Below, in pieces: positions 50,560-63,009 of a stretch of 63,830 nucleotides of DNA. The stretch's first letter is position 1, and each line of letters starts with the position of its first letter. A program made the position numbers and the translations under genes. This DNA is from Octopus bimaculoides (taxonomy: Eukaryota): assembly GCF_001194135.2 (NCBI RefSeq), contig NC_068984.1:95215961-95279790 (forward strand), written 5' to 3'. The notes under the pieces are model-generated. The model saw only the letters and a list, made by a program, of their open reading frames with translations, was not told the DNA's origin and ran no database searches.

Positions 50560-50900
50560 CCCATACACATTGGGAAGGAATACTTTGTGGTATTTGTTCT
50601 GGCTCTTTATTCTCTGAATTCAAATCCCATCGAAATTGATAAAATAAAGTACAAGTCAGATGCTAAGGTCAATGGTATTAACACTTTTCTTTCAAAATTA
50701 CTGGCCTTGTGCCTATCAGGTGCCTAAATTAGAAACAATCATCATCATCATTATGTGAACTGCCAGGATTAGGGTGCCACAAAAAATGCTTAATGGGATT
50801 TCTTTCAGTTCTATGTTCTGAGTTAAAATGTTGCCAAAGTTGACTTTATTTTATTGATTGCGAAACAATAAAAAGCAAAGTATTGGTTGAGTGCTGAGGT
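50560..50900 (+). mobile_element. Degenerate SINE family 2 copies
   Basis: ctgaattcaaatcc..., ggccttgtgcc, gttctgagttaaaatgttgcc cores. Confidence 0.5.
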
Positions 50901-51239
50901 ACTCTCCCCTGAAAACTGCTGCCCATGTGCCAAAATTATTATTATTGAGTGAAAGAGCAGTACATGCCATCAAAGTGACACTCGGGTACAGATATACGAA
51001 GATGACAACCTATCTGATAAGGGTACACCAAGCACATGCATCTCAACCATATGTATACAACATGGTGATCTCATATCAAGATAAACAGCATATGACCTTG
51101 CAGGTGGGGGCCAGTTAGAATTTTCTTCAGGTTGAGTAGTCCATCCCACTCAAAAAGTCCCTGAATAAGGTTTGTTTAAGGATGGTCAATGAAATACCTA
51201 TATCTCCAGAGGTGAATTATTCAAACCCCAAAGAAAAAT

Positions 51240-51715
51240 GGACTTGTGCCAAATTTTGGAGCTATGGGGAAGTGAGCTGGCTGAATTATTAGCACATTGG
51301 AAATTTCCTTTGCATCATCTCTTCTGGATTTTTACACACTGAATTCAAATCCTGCTGAGGTCCACTTTGACTTTCATCCTTTCAGTGTCAGTAAAATGAA
51401 TACCAGTTGAAAAATGGGGTTAATGTAATTGACTTGCTTCCATCCCACTAAAATTACTGGCTTTATACCAAAATTTGAAACAGCTATTATTATTGGCGGT
51501 ATTTTGTCTGCCTTTACGTTCTGAGTTCAAATTCCACTGAGGTTGACTTTGCCTTTCATCCTTTCGGGGTCGATAAATTAAGTACCAGTTGTGCACTAGA
51601 GTTGATTTAATCAACTGGTCCCCTCCTCTAAAATTTTGGGCCTTGTGCCTAGAATAGAAAAGATAATAATAATAATTATTATTATTATTATTATTATTAT
51701 TTTATTATTATTTTC
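51240..51715 (+). mobile_element. Two tandem SINE family 2 copies ending in (AAT)n(ATT)n
   Basis: gttctgagttcaaattccactgaggttgactttgcctttcatcctttcggggtcgataaattaagtacc core and an older copy upstream. Confidence 0.75.
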
Positions 51716-52463
51716 TGTCCCTTCAGATTGCTCATAAGTTTGTTGTTTATTAATTGTTTAAAAAAGTTGATTGTTAAAAACTTACATATTAATTTGTTGC
51801 TAAACTGCCCATAATCCTGAGAAAGTAGTCAGTTCTGTTTTGTTTTTACCCTTTGGGGCATTATTTGTTAAGTTTTTTCTGGAACCTACCCATTTGAAAA
51901 AAAATAATATCAAAGCATAATGTCAAAAGTTTTGGCAAAAGATCAGAGGGAGATAGATAGTGTTGGGAACAACATTCTTAATGCTACCTCGCCAATCTTA
52001 ATGGACCTAAGCCATCTTGTAACAAGAAAGTAATAACACATTTGTATTTTGTCCTTTTGTACTGTCATTGCTTTTCTTGAAGTTTTTGTGGCTAAAAAAG
52101 AAATCATCATCATTATTTAAATTCAGTTATTATGTTTGCGCTTATGTGTTGACTGAAATAAATGTAAAAAGTTGTTAATGTCATGGATTAGGATATTACA
52201 TACTGGCAGACACTGCATTGAGTGCTTCTGTTAACATGTGATAGACTGGAATCACTGGGTTACAATTACTGAGTTAGATTGGGGTAACAGGGAGAGGTTA
52301 GTCTGGTGACTGGGGCAACTCAATTATTATAATTAGAGAAATGCTTTTAAGTTAGTCACTAAACAAGCAAAAACTGAAATAAAGTGTCAAAGTAGTTACA
52401 TAAAATAAAAAGATAGAACAATATACAACAAGCAAATTAACAGAGAGAAATTGTTATTTTCAG

Positions 52464-52606
52464 AATTCTGGTATTGAAAAAGCCTTCTTGTTTGATGTTG
52501 TCAGCAAAATTTACATTGCCACTGACAGCTCACCTGTTGACATGCAGTCCTATGAATTGTGTTGTGATATGATAGATGTGGTCTTAGATATCTCCTGTAT
52601 CTATGG
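52464..52606 (+). CDS. RRAGC: RagC/D exon: C-terminal roadblock domain ([48 protein letters not shown])
   Basis: ttttcAG acceptor, GG|GTAAGT donor; 143 nt, phase 0 to phase 2; translated by hand. Confidence 0.96.
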
Positions 52607-52780
52607 GTAAGTTAGCAGCACTCACTGTTTTAACATATTTGCTAACCTGTCCATGCATTAATGTACACAGCTGCACACACATACACTGTCCTGTTATATC
52701 TATCTTCTATTAAAATATTTTCTAACATGGTGTAACAAGTAACACATGTATATCTCCATTTCATGTTTTCATACATATGA

Positions 52781-52930
52781 GAAGGTATGACCATGTAGTT
52801 TAAGAAGCTGCCTCATAACCACAAGGTTCTGAGTTCAACCCTGCAGCATGGCACTTTGGAAAAATGCCTTTATAGTAGCCTTAGTGAGTGAAATTTAGTA
52901 GGTAGAAACAATGCAGTAATTCATTATGTA
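52781..52930 (+). mobile_element. Degenerate SINE family 1 head
   Basis: ggttctgagttcaaccc...ggcactttgga...gtgagtgaaatttagtagg resembles the 44196 copy. Confidence 0.55.
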
Positions 52931-54147
52931 TGTATGTTTGAATAAAATAAATGACAAGAGAAAGGAATGTTGAACTCAATTCCATTAGTTTACAACTGTT
53001 TCTGTTCTAAGATGTAGTACACTCAAAGCTGAGTGCTTGTGCTTCACTTTATTGTTTCTTTAGAGCTTCTAAAATTAAGTACAAGTTTATGTGGGAAAGC
53101 ATAAATACTTTTATGATTATCATTTGCCAATTAAACACATGGACTATTTATTTGATCTCCACTTTAGCTTTATTATTATTATTTTTAGTTTACCTGTCCA
53201 AATTCTTTTGTCATACATCGTGACCTCTTCAGCAACTTTCTGTCCTATGTGTCTTGTGTCTCATCTTATCCTGCCTATTCCATTTTTCCAAATGGAACAG
53301 GCAGGACAAAAGGAGACACATGAAATAGAAATATATATATGTATAGCACACACATACACACACAATATATCCCTTGCCAATGTATATTGGCAAATAATGT
53401 AACCAAAGGGAAGAAAACTTAAAAACAATGCTTTTTGAGTAAAGCCCTTTGTAATATTTTCTGCCCCATGTTGTAGATAATTCTTTGCAACACTTACCAT
53501 CAGAAAATCAGTGACTAAGTGATTAGCCTGTTGGAACCAGCAATACTATTGTCTGCCAGTTATGACATGCATGTGTGAATGCATTTGCACTTGCAAACAC
53601 ATGTATTCACACATGCACATGTGTGTGCATGCAAGACTTCTCCCTCATTACATTTTTCTTATTGAATATTGACCCACAGCTGTTCAAGCTGAACATGAAT
53701 TGAATCAGTTTTCCCACTATAGGATCGTTTACTATGGTAATGGTTGCTGCTTTTTCTTCTGAAGATGACATCTTTTCATAATTGGTTAAACTGCTAGAAG
53801 TAGCAGTCAAACTCCTCTCAAATTGCACAACCATTTAAACAAAAAGAAAGGACACATTGGATAAGGTAACTGTGGTTACATTATATCTCAAAAAAAAAAA
53901 AAAGAAAAGAGATAAGATGGTCATGGCTGAAATGCCTTTTGATCAAAGACTGCTCACTTGGTGCTAGATAAAAACAAATTCACTCACACATACTTTATGT
54001 AAAAGATTAAATTTTTTTAATGCATTTCAATATAATTTAAAGTCGTTTAAAGGTTTTATAAATCTTTGATGACAGTTGAAGATTATCTTATTGTGTTTAA
54101 CCCTGTCTGTTTCACTGCCATTTATATCATGTGTATATTATATGTAG

Positions 54148-54296
54148 GTTACAGGATGATAATGAACTGAATGCATTTGATGATGAGTCTGCATCAATCA
54201 TCAAACTAAACAACACAACAGTCTTATACCTTCGGGAAGTCAATAGATATTTGGCTCTTGTTTGCATTTTACGTGAGGATAACTTCATTAAACAAG
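54148..54296 (+). CDS. RRAGC: RagC/D exon: roadblock domain (LQDDNELNAFDDESASIIKLNNTTVLYLREVNRYLALVCILREDNFIKQ)
   Basis: tatgtAG acceptor, G|GTAAGA donor; 149 nt, phase 2 to phase 1. Confidence 0.95.
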
Positions 54297-56222
54297 GTAA
54301 GACTGAAGCATGTGTTTTTAATTGGTGACCACTTCACAATGTAAACAGATTATGAAAAGTATTTAGTTCTTTGTTGTTATGAATACGTTTGTTTTATATT
54401 GTACTCTTTGATGTCTTCCAACCTCAAACAAACCAGTGAGCTGTAAAGGTTGATTGTATGTTAGTTGTTTAAGCTTTTAACTCAGTAATTGGAACTTGCT
54501 CTAGTTTTTCACTCATAGAAAATTCTCAAGACTGAAGTGGTCCTTTGTTCTTGAGAATTTCACTGAAAGCAATGTCATATACTTGACATCAGTTAGACTA
54601 TGTCAAGAAAATCTGGCTAAACTGATTGCTGATAGGATCCATTTGCTTGGATTTGAAGCTTTTTGTCAGATTGTATCATCACTGTGTGCACAAATGGGGC
54701 TCCCTCTGACCTGCATTCTATAAATTCTGGTATGTCCTATGGCTTGGTTATGTCACCCATTATTCCTATGCTAATATTATTGTTTGCATCTTCCTTATCT
54801 ACAGTACAGGTGTCATCCTAATCTAATGTACGGGCGTCATCCTTACATAATCTACATAAAATGTTCAGCAGTAGAGTCTGAATAATCTTGTTTCTTAACT
54901 GTGCAAAGACACAACTGCTATCCATGAAAAAATAATCTTGTGCTCTAACTTCTCAAGTTTTACACAACATGAAACATATTTTTCATGTCACTGTAAATGC
55001 TTGACATTACAATCACATGATTTTCTATGACTGAAGGTAAGACAACTCCATCTGAATTTTAAAATACTTCAGCTATGCAAAATAGTAAATACCTACAGAG
55101 TTAAAATGGGGGGCCACAGTAGTGTATTAATCACACATTTAGAATTGTATTGCTGCTTCTATACACACACACACACATCCTGGATCCACAATGGAATACT
55201 AATTATCCCTCTGGAGTGATGTTGTTCTTGATGTAGAGGCAATTTGATGGATACATAGCAATGGAGTTCCCTCATCTGGAATGGTATTGTTGTTGTACAT
55301 CAAATAGAACATCCAGCTTATTAACAAAGACTCTAAGACCAACATTTTCCAATATGTAAACAACTGATGTGCTGTCTCTTCACTCTATTGCTACTATAAT
55401 GAATTCTTCTCCTCAACTAGCAGGCTGTAATATCACCTTCACTCAGCTTCATATGTATATCTTTCCTACCCACATCATATATCTCTCCTTCTCCCATTCT
55501 CTGTTCAATCCTGTCTTCTCAGAATGTCAATTCTCTAGAAATTCCTTCTCACCGACATGAATTTGCAAATGTTCAACTGAACCACATTAATCACATCAAT
55601 GTTAGAGGGCCAGTAGAAATTTTTTAGGCACAACCCGTTCCTTTTGGCTAAAACCATGAAGTAGATTATCTCTTTGGCTCTTGTACTTTAGAGAAAATGT
55701 TTAAAATAAAGAGGAAAATTTTTTTTATTTTCAATTACACTAATGCCACCTTTTTTTAGGCTGACTTTGAATCTGGATATTTGCTTATGAATTGTAAGGG
55801 TAAGTGCTTTACAGCTGGGACATTCTACTGCTGCTACCGACTCCTCTTTTTGTCATCATTATTATTGCCACTGTCATCATAATGTTTTCTGCTTGGCAGA
55901 TTACTGAGCAATTCATGATCCATCAAATTGCCTCTACATCAAGAGTAGAAAGCCTTTTTAGTACCTGGGGAAAATTATAAATGCATAAGAACCTATTGGG
56001 GAGAAGCACTACTGAAGACTTCAGTTTTATGTAATGTGCTGAGGGCAAAGTGAGCTAAAAGGCAAGTGTTTAAAATAGACTGCAGCAATAATCCAACCTG
56101 CTGAGTGATGCCATTCTAAACTGATCATCTTCATACAATACTGACTAAATTTTCAGTTATTTTATTCAATATATTTACTCATAATAAATGTCTGAACTAT
56201 GTTTAATTTAATTTTTGAACAG

Positions 56223-56365
56223 GTATAATTAACTACAACTTTCTCTGCTTCCGCAAAGCTATCCAAGAAGTGTTTGAAGTGCGGCAAAAGATGTTGGCCT
56301 CCAAGACTGAGAATGGTACTGACCATCAGGTGCTCAATGGCATTGCTGTTAACAAAGATGAATGA
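56223..56365 (+). CDS. RRAGC: RagC/D last coding exon ([47 protein letters not shown])
   Basis: ttgaacAG acceptor; phase 1; YNFxCFRKAIxEVF motif; TGA at 56363-56365. Confidence 0.94.
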
Positions 56366-56658
56366 ATTGAAGTGATGTTTCCTGCCTGTGATCTTTCTAC
56401 AGATTGACTGGTGTTCTGTGCTGAGACTGCCTTCCTCATCTTATGATAAATTTTCCATCTTTTGCTTTCTGCAACTGTTTCTCTCTTTTTCTCTCTTTCT
56501 TCCCCTCTCTCTCTCTCATTAGAATTAATTTAGTAATTAATTACTATACTTTGTTTTGTTATTCTTTAATCTTGTAGCTTATACACTCAACATTCTAATA
56601 TGTATGTGCAGTATACAAAGCTGAAATATTGTTTGTGTATGTATATGATTGGCTCTGC

Positions 56659-56667
56659 CGTTCGTTG

Positions 56668-56705
<38 letters not shown>

Positions 56706-56707
56706 TG
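56659..56707. repeat. (GT)n microsatellite in the probable 3' UTR
   Basis: Seen directly in sequence. Confidence 0.9.
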
Positions 56708-57639
56708 CCTTTTTAGTGTTTTTATTTAGGTGTGCATACATTTATGGGTGCTGTGTGAATGTGTGTATATAAATTCTTGGCATAGGTATCATACTCTTTT
56801 CTCACTTCTTTCTCTCCCTATCTCTCTCTCTTACACACACACACTCACACGAACACACAGATGTTCAATGCATGTCCTTTGTCTGTTCACCCTCTGTCTG
56901 CATGTGTTCTTGGTTCCTTGATGGGAACAACACATTATCACACCTTATTAATGCTCAACCTCTTGTTGTTGTGGTTGCCCTAACAGAAGTTCAGTGTTGT
57001 AATTTTGAGCTGAGATACCAGAATGGCTTCAGCTCAATTTAACATAAGATTTGAAACTTTTGGGGAGAACTTGGCCATAGGAACAGTGCCTCGGGTAAGT
57101 TTGGTAGTGTAATTTGCTTTCCATTTGGAATATGGTTCCATCTTGAAAATACTGCTCCATTAGAACCCTCAACCTCCTGTCAGTTTCTCCTTCAAATATC
57201 TTTTACTATCTTCCCCTGTTCAAAGAAAAAAAAAAAATTGCCATACTTGAATGAATGGCTTTTACAGATGGTCGGTCTGTCTCTTTATATATAGAATCAT
57301 ACCCACTATTCAGCTGTCTAACTATTATTTGATTAAAGTATATTGTTTTAATAAATTGTTCCTTATTGGTCATACCTGTAGTATGGTCACACTTGAAGTG
57401 TTTTCACATCTGCAGTGCTTTCATCCTTTACCAGATACCAATTAACATTACATTAACTTACTAGTCTACTTAAGTTGCAGAAATGCTAGCAACCATTTAT
57501 ATTTACATGTGTGCATATATGCAACACTAAAATGTGCTTGCTTACAATTTGCACATGTATTTCTTTGTTTTGATCTTTTTATCTATGTAAACATTTGATG
57601 TATATGGTGTTAATTTCTATTTATTTTCCTCTTCCCCTT

Positions 57640-57860
57640 TCTTTTGAGCTGGCAGAATTGTTAGTATCAGTAAAAATGCTTTGTAGTATTTGTGCTGACT
57701 CTACAGTCTCAGTTCAAATCCCACTGAGGTCAACTTTGCCTTTCCTCCAATTGGGGGTCAATAAAATAAAGTACCAATAAAGTATTGGTGTTGACTGTAT
57801 TAACTAAATTCCCTTCACCTCAAAATCGTTGGCCTTGTACCTAAATCAGATACCAATGTT
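57640..57860 (+). mobile_element. SINE family 2 in the probable 3' UTR
   Basis: gttcaaatcccactgaggtcaactttgcctttcctcc...aaagtacc...ggccttgtacc core. Confidence 0.65.
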
Positions 57861-58612
57861 ATTATTTTTATTAAAATGTTGTGTGAGAATCACTGTACAA
57901 AACTGGTTTTATTTTGACTTTTATTTTCATCTACTGTCAGAATTCTCTCGTGTGTACACATACATGCATGTATGTGCATGCACATACAAGATTATGTCAG
58001 TGTGCATAACCTTTATAATTTCTGCTGTTTGATATTTCACATACTGGAATAATTGTTACCATTTGGTACTTTTTGTTCCATTTTCCTTCTAAATTCCATT
58101 GTGGAAGAATTAGTAGAGAACTCCTTACCAATGTCACTTCTCTAATATTGATGCATATGACATTTCCCATTTGTTCACTTATAAAAACAAAACCTTCACA
58201 GAAACCTATCTCTATCACAGATAGATATGACCAAACTAGATATAATCACTCTTAGTTATAATTCATTTCCACTGAAGCCTAGCTATTATATTCACCTCAT
58301 TGTCATGTTGTGATGTGCTAGTGTACTGTTGTATCATTGACTTGTTCCGGTGACTGCTATGCAAACATTGTTCAGTAAAACACAACCACATTACAAGCAA
58401 CAGCGGTGCTAAACTTAAAACAAACCTAAAAATTAAACAAAAAATGCATTTTTCCCCTTTTTTTTTCTTTTGTTGCAATTTACTGCTATTTTGGTTGTCT
58501 AGTGTCAGTGTAGAGTTGAAGAAAATAATAGTAATTTATTATTGTCAGCTTTGGAATAAAGAAGCTAAAATCTATCTATCTGTCTGTCTACATACATACA
58601 TATAAATATAAA

Positions 58613-58883
58613 CTAGTTTAACCCCAGGCAGATTCTCCGCCAGCTGGTTATCGGTGCAACAGTCTGCACCCTTTATATACAGTATGTCGTTAGCAGGGGG
58701 AGCAAACCCTTACTACCCTCTAGCAGCTAACAGGATCTCAAAACTGAGTCAGTCTCACAATCCTGTTAGCTGCTGGAGGGTAGTAGGGGTTTGCTCCTCC
58801 TGCTAACGACATATTGTATATAAAGAGTGCAGAATGATGCACTGATAACCAGCTGGCTTAGAATCTGCCTGGGGTTAAACTAG
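58613..58883. mobile_element. Fold-back MITE: two 124-bp inverted arms with a 23-bp spacer
   Basis: Arms 58613-58736 and 58760-58883 match at 114/124 by hand alignment; termini CTAGTTTAACCCC...GGGGTTAAACTAG. Confidence 0.92.
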
Positions 58884-59810
58884 AAGTAACATTCAACTGC
58901 CACTTTCATGTGGCTACTCGCTTTACTGTTTAGTATACGTTACTACTCTTTTATAACTAGCTATTTTGCTTATATTCGTGTGTGTGTGTATGTACACACT
59001 CACACACATCGTACTTACATACATGTTTGCACTCATATATGTTAGTGTATGAAGAGATGTCTTGCATCTCCTATCACACTTCTATCTTGAAAGATGAGAT
59101 AACATTCATTCCAGATTATCATAAGATGAAATGTTGTCATTACTTGATCTGAATGGTAGTAGAATAAATGACAGACAGTGAAGTACTGGTTAATCTTGCT
59201 GTGTTATGCTACATCACACTTTTTATCATTTTATCTACACCTTTCATATTCTCAAACAAACAAATTCCTTCTTCTTAACAAATCAGGTTAAAATTTCTCC
59301 AATGTTTTCTCAATAACATTGACAGTTGCTTATTAGAACCAGAAAACCAGATCTACTGTTGAAACCTGTAACAAGTTATATACGATATGATATGCATAAC
59401 AAACATATATAGTATAAATATATACTGTCCATATTCCATGTCTTTCTGCATATTGCTACTAAATATCAGTGAGGCTGTTGTTGGCAGAAAACTGTAATCT
59501 CAAATGTTGTTGTGAGGCATGTAGTTTTTGCTATGGCCATTCAACAACATGCTGTGGGAACAGATGTTCAAATGAATCTTCGTTGGCACATGTTTTGGCC
59601 TTTGCTCAAATTAAGAGGCATTTTGCTCCCAGAAAGATCTTTTAGAAATTCTTATTTTGATCAGCTTCCTGACTTAGACATTTGTGGTGGATTCAATTAC
59701 TTAAATGTTTTGAGATTGTGAATTAGGTTTAAATATATACTATAAACTTGTAGGAAGTGCCCACACTTAGTGGCTACATAGATGCATGCATGTGCATTCC
59801 TTTATGTATA

Positions 59811-59845
<35 letters not shown>

Positions 59846-60008
59846 NNNNNNNNNNNNNNNNNNNNNNNNNNNNNNNNNNNNNNNNNNNNNNNNNNNNNNN
59901 NNNNNNNNNNNNNNNNNNNNNNNNNNNNNNNNNNNNNNNNNNNNNNNNNNNNNNNNNNNNNNNNNNNNNNNNNNNNNNNNNNNNNNNNNNNNNNNNNNNN
60001 NNNNNNNN

Positions 60009-60041
<33 letters not shown>

Positions 60042-61479
60042 ATATATCTGAATGTGTAAATGTAAATGTGTGTTGTTTTAGCTGGTTTAGCTACTAGGTT
60101 GCTGGACAGGTAGTTGAAGAGATGATAGCAGTGGTGTATGTTTTATCACTGGTGCTGTGATGTGTCTAATATCTGTCTAGTTATAAATAGGTACCACAGT
60201 GCAACTACTATTTACACCTCTAAGTACTGGTAGCACTGTAAAATTCAAAATATTTTATCATCTTGCAATTGTGAGTGTAATTTGAAGATTCATGCAACCT
60301 TTGGATAAACTGCAGTGTGTGTATCAAGTGACTGGTGATGTCCCTATCAGTGTATGGATGTCAGTGTATGTATTGTGTGTATCTGCTTGCATATTTGTGA
60401 ACATTGATTTATGTCAGTGCTTGACTAATCTTTTGTTGTTGGTTTTGCTGTTTTATGCAACACCTTATGGTTATCAATGTCTTATATGGCTGATATGCTG
60501 TGCTCTGGCCAGTCATTTCTAATTTCATATTTTGCTGTAGTGACAAATTGTTTCCTCTCTGAGTGTCTTGAAGTTGGATCATTTCAAAAATTATTCTTTC
60601 TCACAAATTATGAAACTTGTAATAACATCTAAATTAGAATAATTAAATATAAACACCTATAGTTTTCTGCCTGGTTTGATAATTTCTGTGAGATATGTTG
60701 GACATATTAATTAAATATGTTGTACATGTTAAATATTTTGTCTATGTAAATTAAATACCTTTTAAAAAATAAGCATGCTGCTAACGTTTCATGTCTGCCA
60801 ACATAAAACCTACATATAAAATGGTTACTGCTTCTCTCTCTCTCTCTCTCTCTCTCTCAAATAAAAGAAATGATTTTGTTGAACTGTTTGCATATTTGTC
60901 AAAGTTATTGAATGCTTAATTGACAAATGAGAAAGAAATTATTAAAATTGAAGTTTAAAAAGTTATTAAAAAACACAAAAACAAAAGCCCCACTCCTTCC
61001 CTTCCCCCCAAATTTGAGATCAGCTGATTTAACGAAAATTCCCCCTCCCCACTTCCTTCCCTTTCAGATGACTTAAAGAGGACAAAAGGCCCCACTCTCC
61101 TTCCCTTCTAGAAGAAGATCAAAAAAAGTTTAATTCAGGAACAACCAAAGACATTTTCTGGATTCCCAACAATTTGTATTTTATTACTGCGTGTAAATAG
61201 CCTTCCATTATCTGATTCCTTGACCAGATTTTGTAAATCCCCCCATCCCCTTTCGATATTGTATAAATCTCTCTCTCTTTCTTGCTGTCTCTCCCTATCT
61301 CCCCCCCTCTCTCTGTATCTTGCTATCTCTATCTTTTTTTTTTTGTGAAGAAAGAAAATTATTAATTTTAATAAAGATCAATGATATAAGATTCATATTT
61401 GTTTTTTGATTTATTGCTTTACAGCCCTTTTGTGATGGTTGATATGATGTCACCTGGGGGTAGTGTGGTGGTATAAATG

Positions 61480-62070
61480 GTCATTTGGGGTTATCTCCGT
61501 TCCAAGATGCAGCATTTTCATACGAGTCTTCACCACTTTGTCCTAAATCTTCCTTGGTCTCTTCCTTCCCCAGATTCTACTAACTTGGAGCATACACCAT
61601 TTCCTTATGTAGCAATCATCCTCTATGTACACCACATACTCGTACCAGCACAGTCTTTTCTCTTGCACACTATAGATGATTCTCTTATATTCAGTTATTT
61701 TCTTAGTTCATGTCTTTCCTGCCTTTGCACATCTTCATTCAAGACCTACATCTCACTGCCATGCAGTTTGAACATAAGCATTGTACAATCTGCCCTTCAA
61801 TTTAAGAGAAAAGATCTTTGTTGCCAGTAGAAGTAATAGACCCTTAAACTTTTCCTAACCTGTTCTCACTCTCATCATCATCACCATCACCGTTTAACAT
61901 CCGCCTTCCATGCTAGCATGGGTTGGATGATTTGATTGAGGACTGGCGAACCAGATGGCTACACCAGGCTCCAATCTGATTTGGCAGAGTTTCTACAGCT
62001 GGATGCCCTTCCTAACGCCAACCACTCCGAGAGTGTAGTGGGTGCTTTTACATGCCACCCGCACAAAGGC
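61480..62070 (-). mobile_element. RTE 3' ends: a degenerate copy (61480-61860) and a family A tail (61870-62070)
   Basis: Minus-strand VQEKRLCWY motif; (ATC)n plus ccatgctagcatgggttggatgatttgattgaggactgg tail. Confidence 0.7.
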
Positions 62071-62099
62071 CATCACCACTGCTAATTATGTCATTTACA

Positions 62100-62960
62100 T
62101 AAAAGAAGTTACTAACTACTTCTAGGGAGCCTCCCAGTCATTTGAGATAATCTGTTTCCTGTGTTTGCATTGGTTATTTTTTGAGCTGGATGTCCAGTTG
62201 ATCTTTTCACGAGTGTGAAACAGAGGCTGTTTAGATTATCGAGTGATGTTCTGAGGACATAATCCAGGGTGACCACAAAAAGAAACGGTGCCAATGTGAC
62301 CCCTTGGAGTACTCCAGCTCTGATATCAAAGAAGCTTGTATCTTCATCTGGGGATCTTACCATTGGTTTGGTGTTGTTATAGAGTATCATAGTTACTGCT
62401 GGTGTTTCTTCAGGCATAACATAGGCCAATAGTATTTTTTTCCTTTTTACCACAGTGGATAGAGTCAAAAGCCTTTGAGAAATCAATAAACTAATACTGC
62501 TTCAAAATTTCTGGCTTCTACTCCTTGCAGATGAACTGTAAGTATTTGTCCATCACCTGATCTATTTTTTTTCTGGAGCCATTTTGATTTTTTCTCAATT
62601 TCTGGTTGTATCCTGTTGAGTAAGGAGTGAATTATAAATTTTGCAGCAGTGGCTGTAAGAGTGATATCTCTAGTTCTTTGTGAGACCCAAATCACCTGTC
62701 TTTGGAAATAGGAGTATGCAGCCTTCTGTCCATTTGTCAATGTTGCCTCCATTATAGACTATATTGCAGATGCCTAACAAAATATCATTGAATTCTCCTG
62801 TTTTCCAGACTTTAAGCAGAATGTTATCCAGTCCAGCAGCCTTTTGTTTTTTGTGTTTTTTAAGGATTTCTTTCAATTCATCAATGCTAGTATGATATCA
62901 AAAGTGTGGTCAATAATTGATGTTACATCTAGATCAGAAAATGAGGGTATATTCCCAAGC
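62100..62960 (-). mobile_element. RTE-clade RT fragment (third family)
   Basis: KAAGLDNI, WTEGCILLFPKTGDLG, FDIRAGVLQGVTLAPFLFVVTLDYVLR. Confidence 0.8.
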
Positions 62961-63009
62961 AACTTTTGAAAATGATCCCTCCTCTTTTCTAAGCCTTTCT
63001 GTGGATAGG

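Larger units (their letters stand above)
56366..60900 (+). other. Probable long RagC/D 3' UTR (end uncertain)
   Basis: AT-rich non-coding sequence after the stop. Candidate AATAAA at 60860-60865 followed by U/GU-rich sequence; earlier AATAAA hexamers exist, so the true end needs RNA data. Confidence 0.35.
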
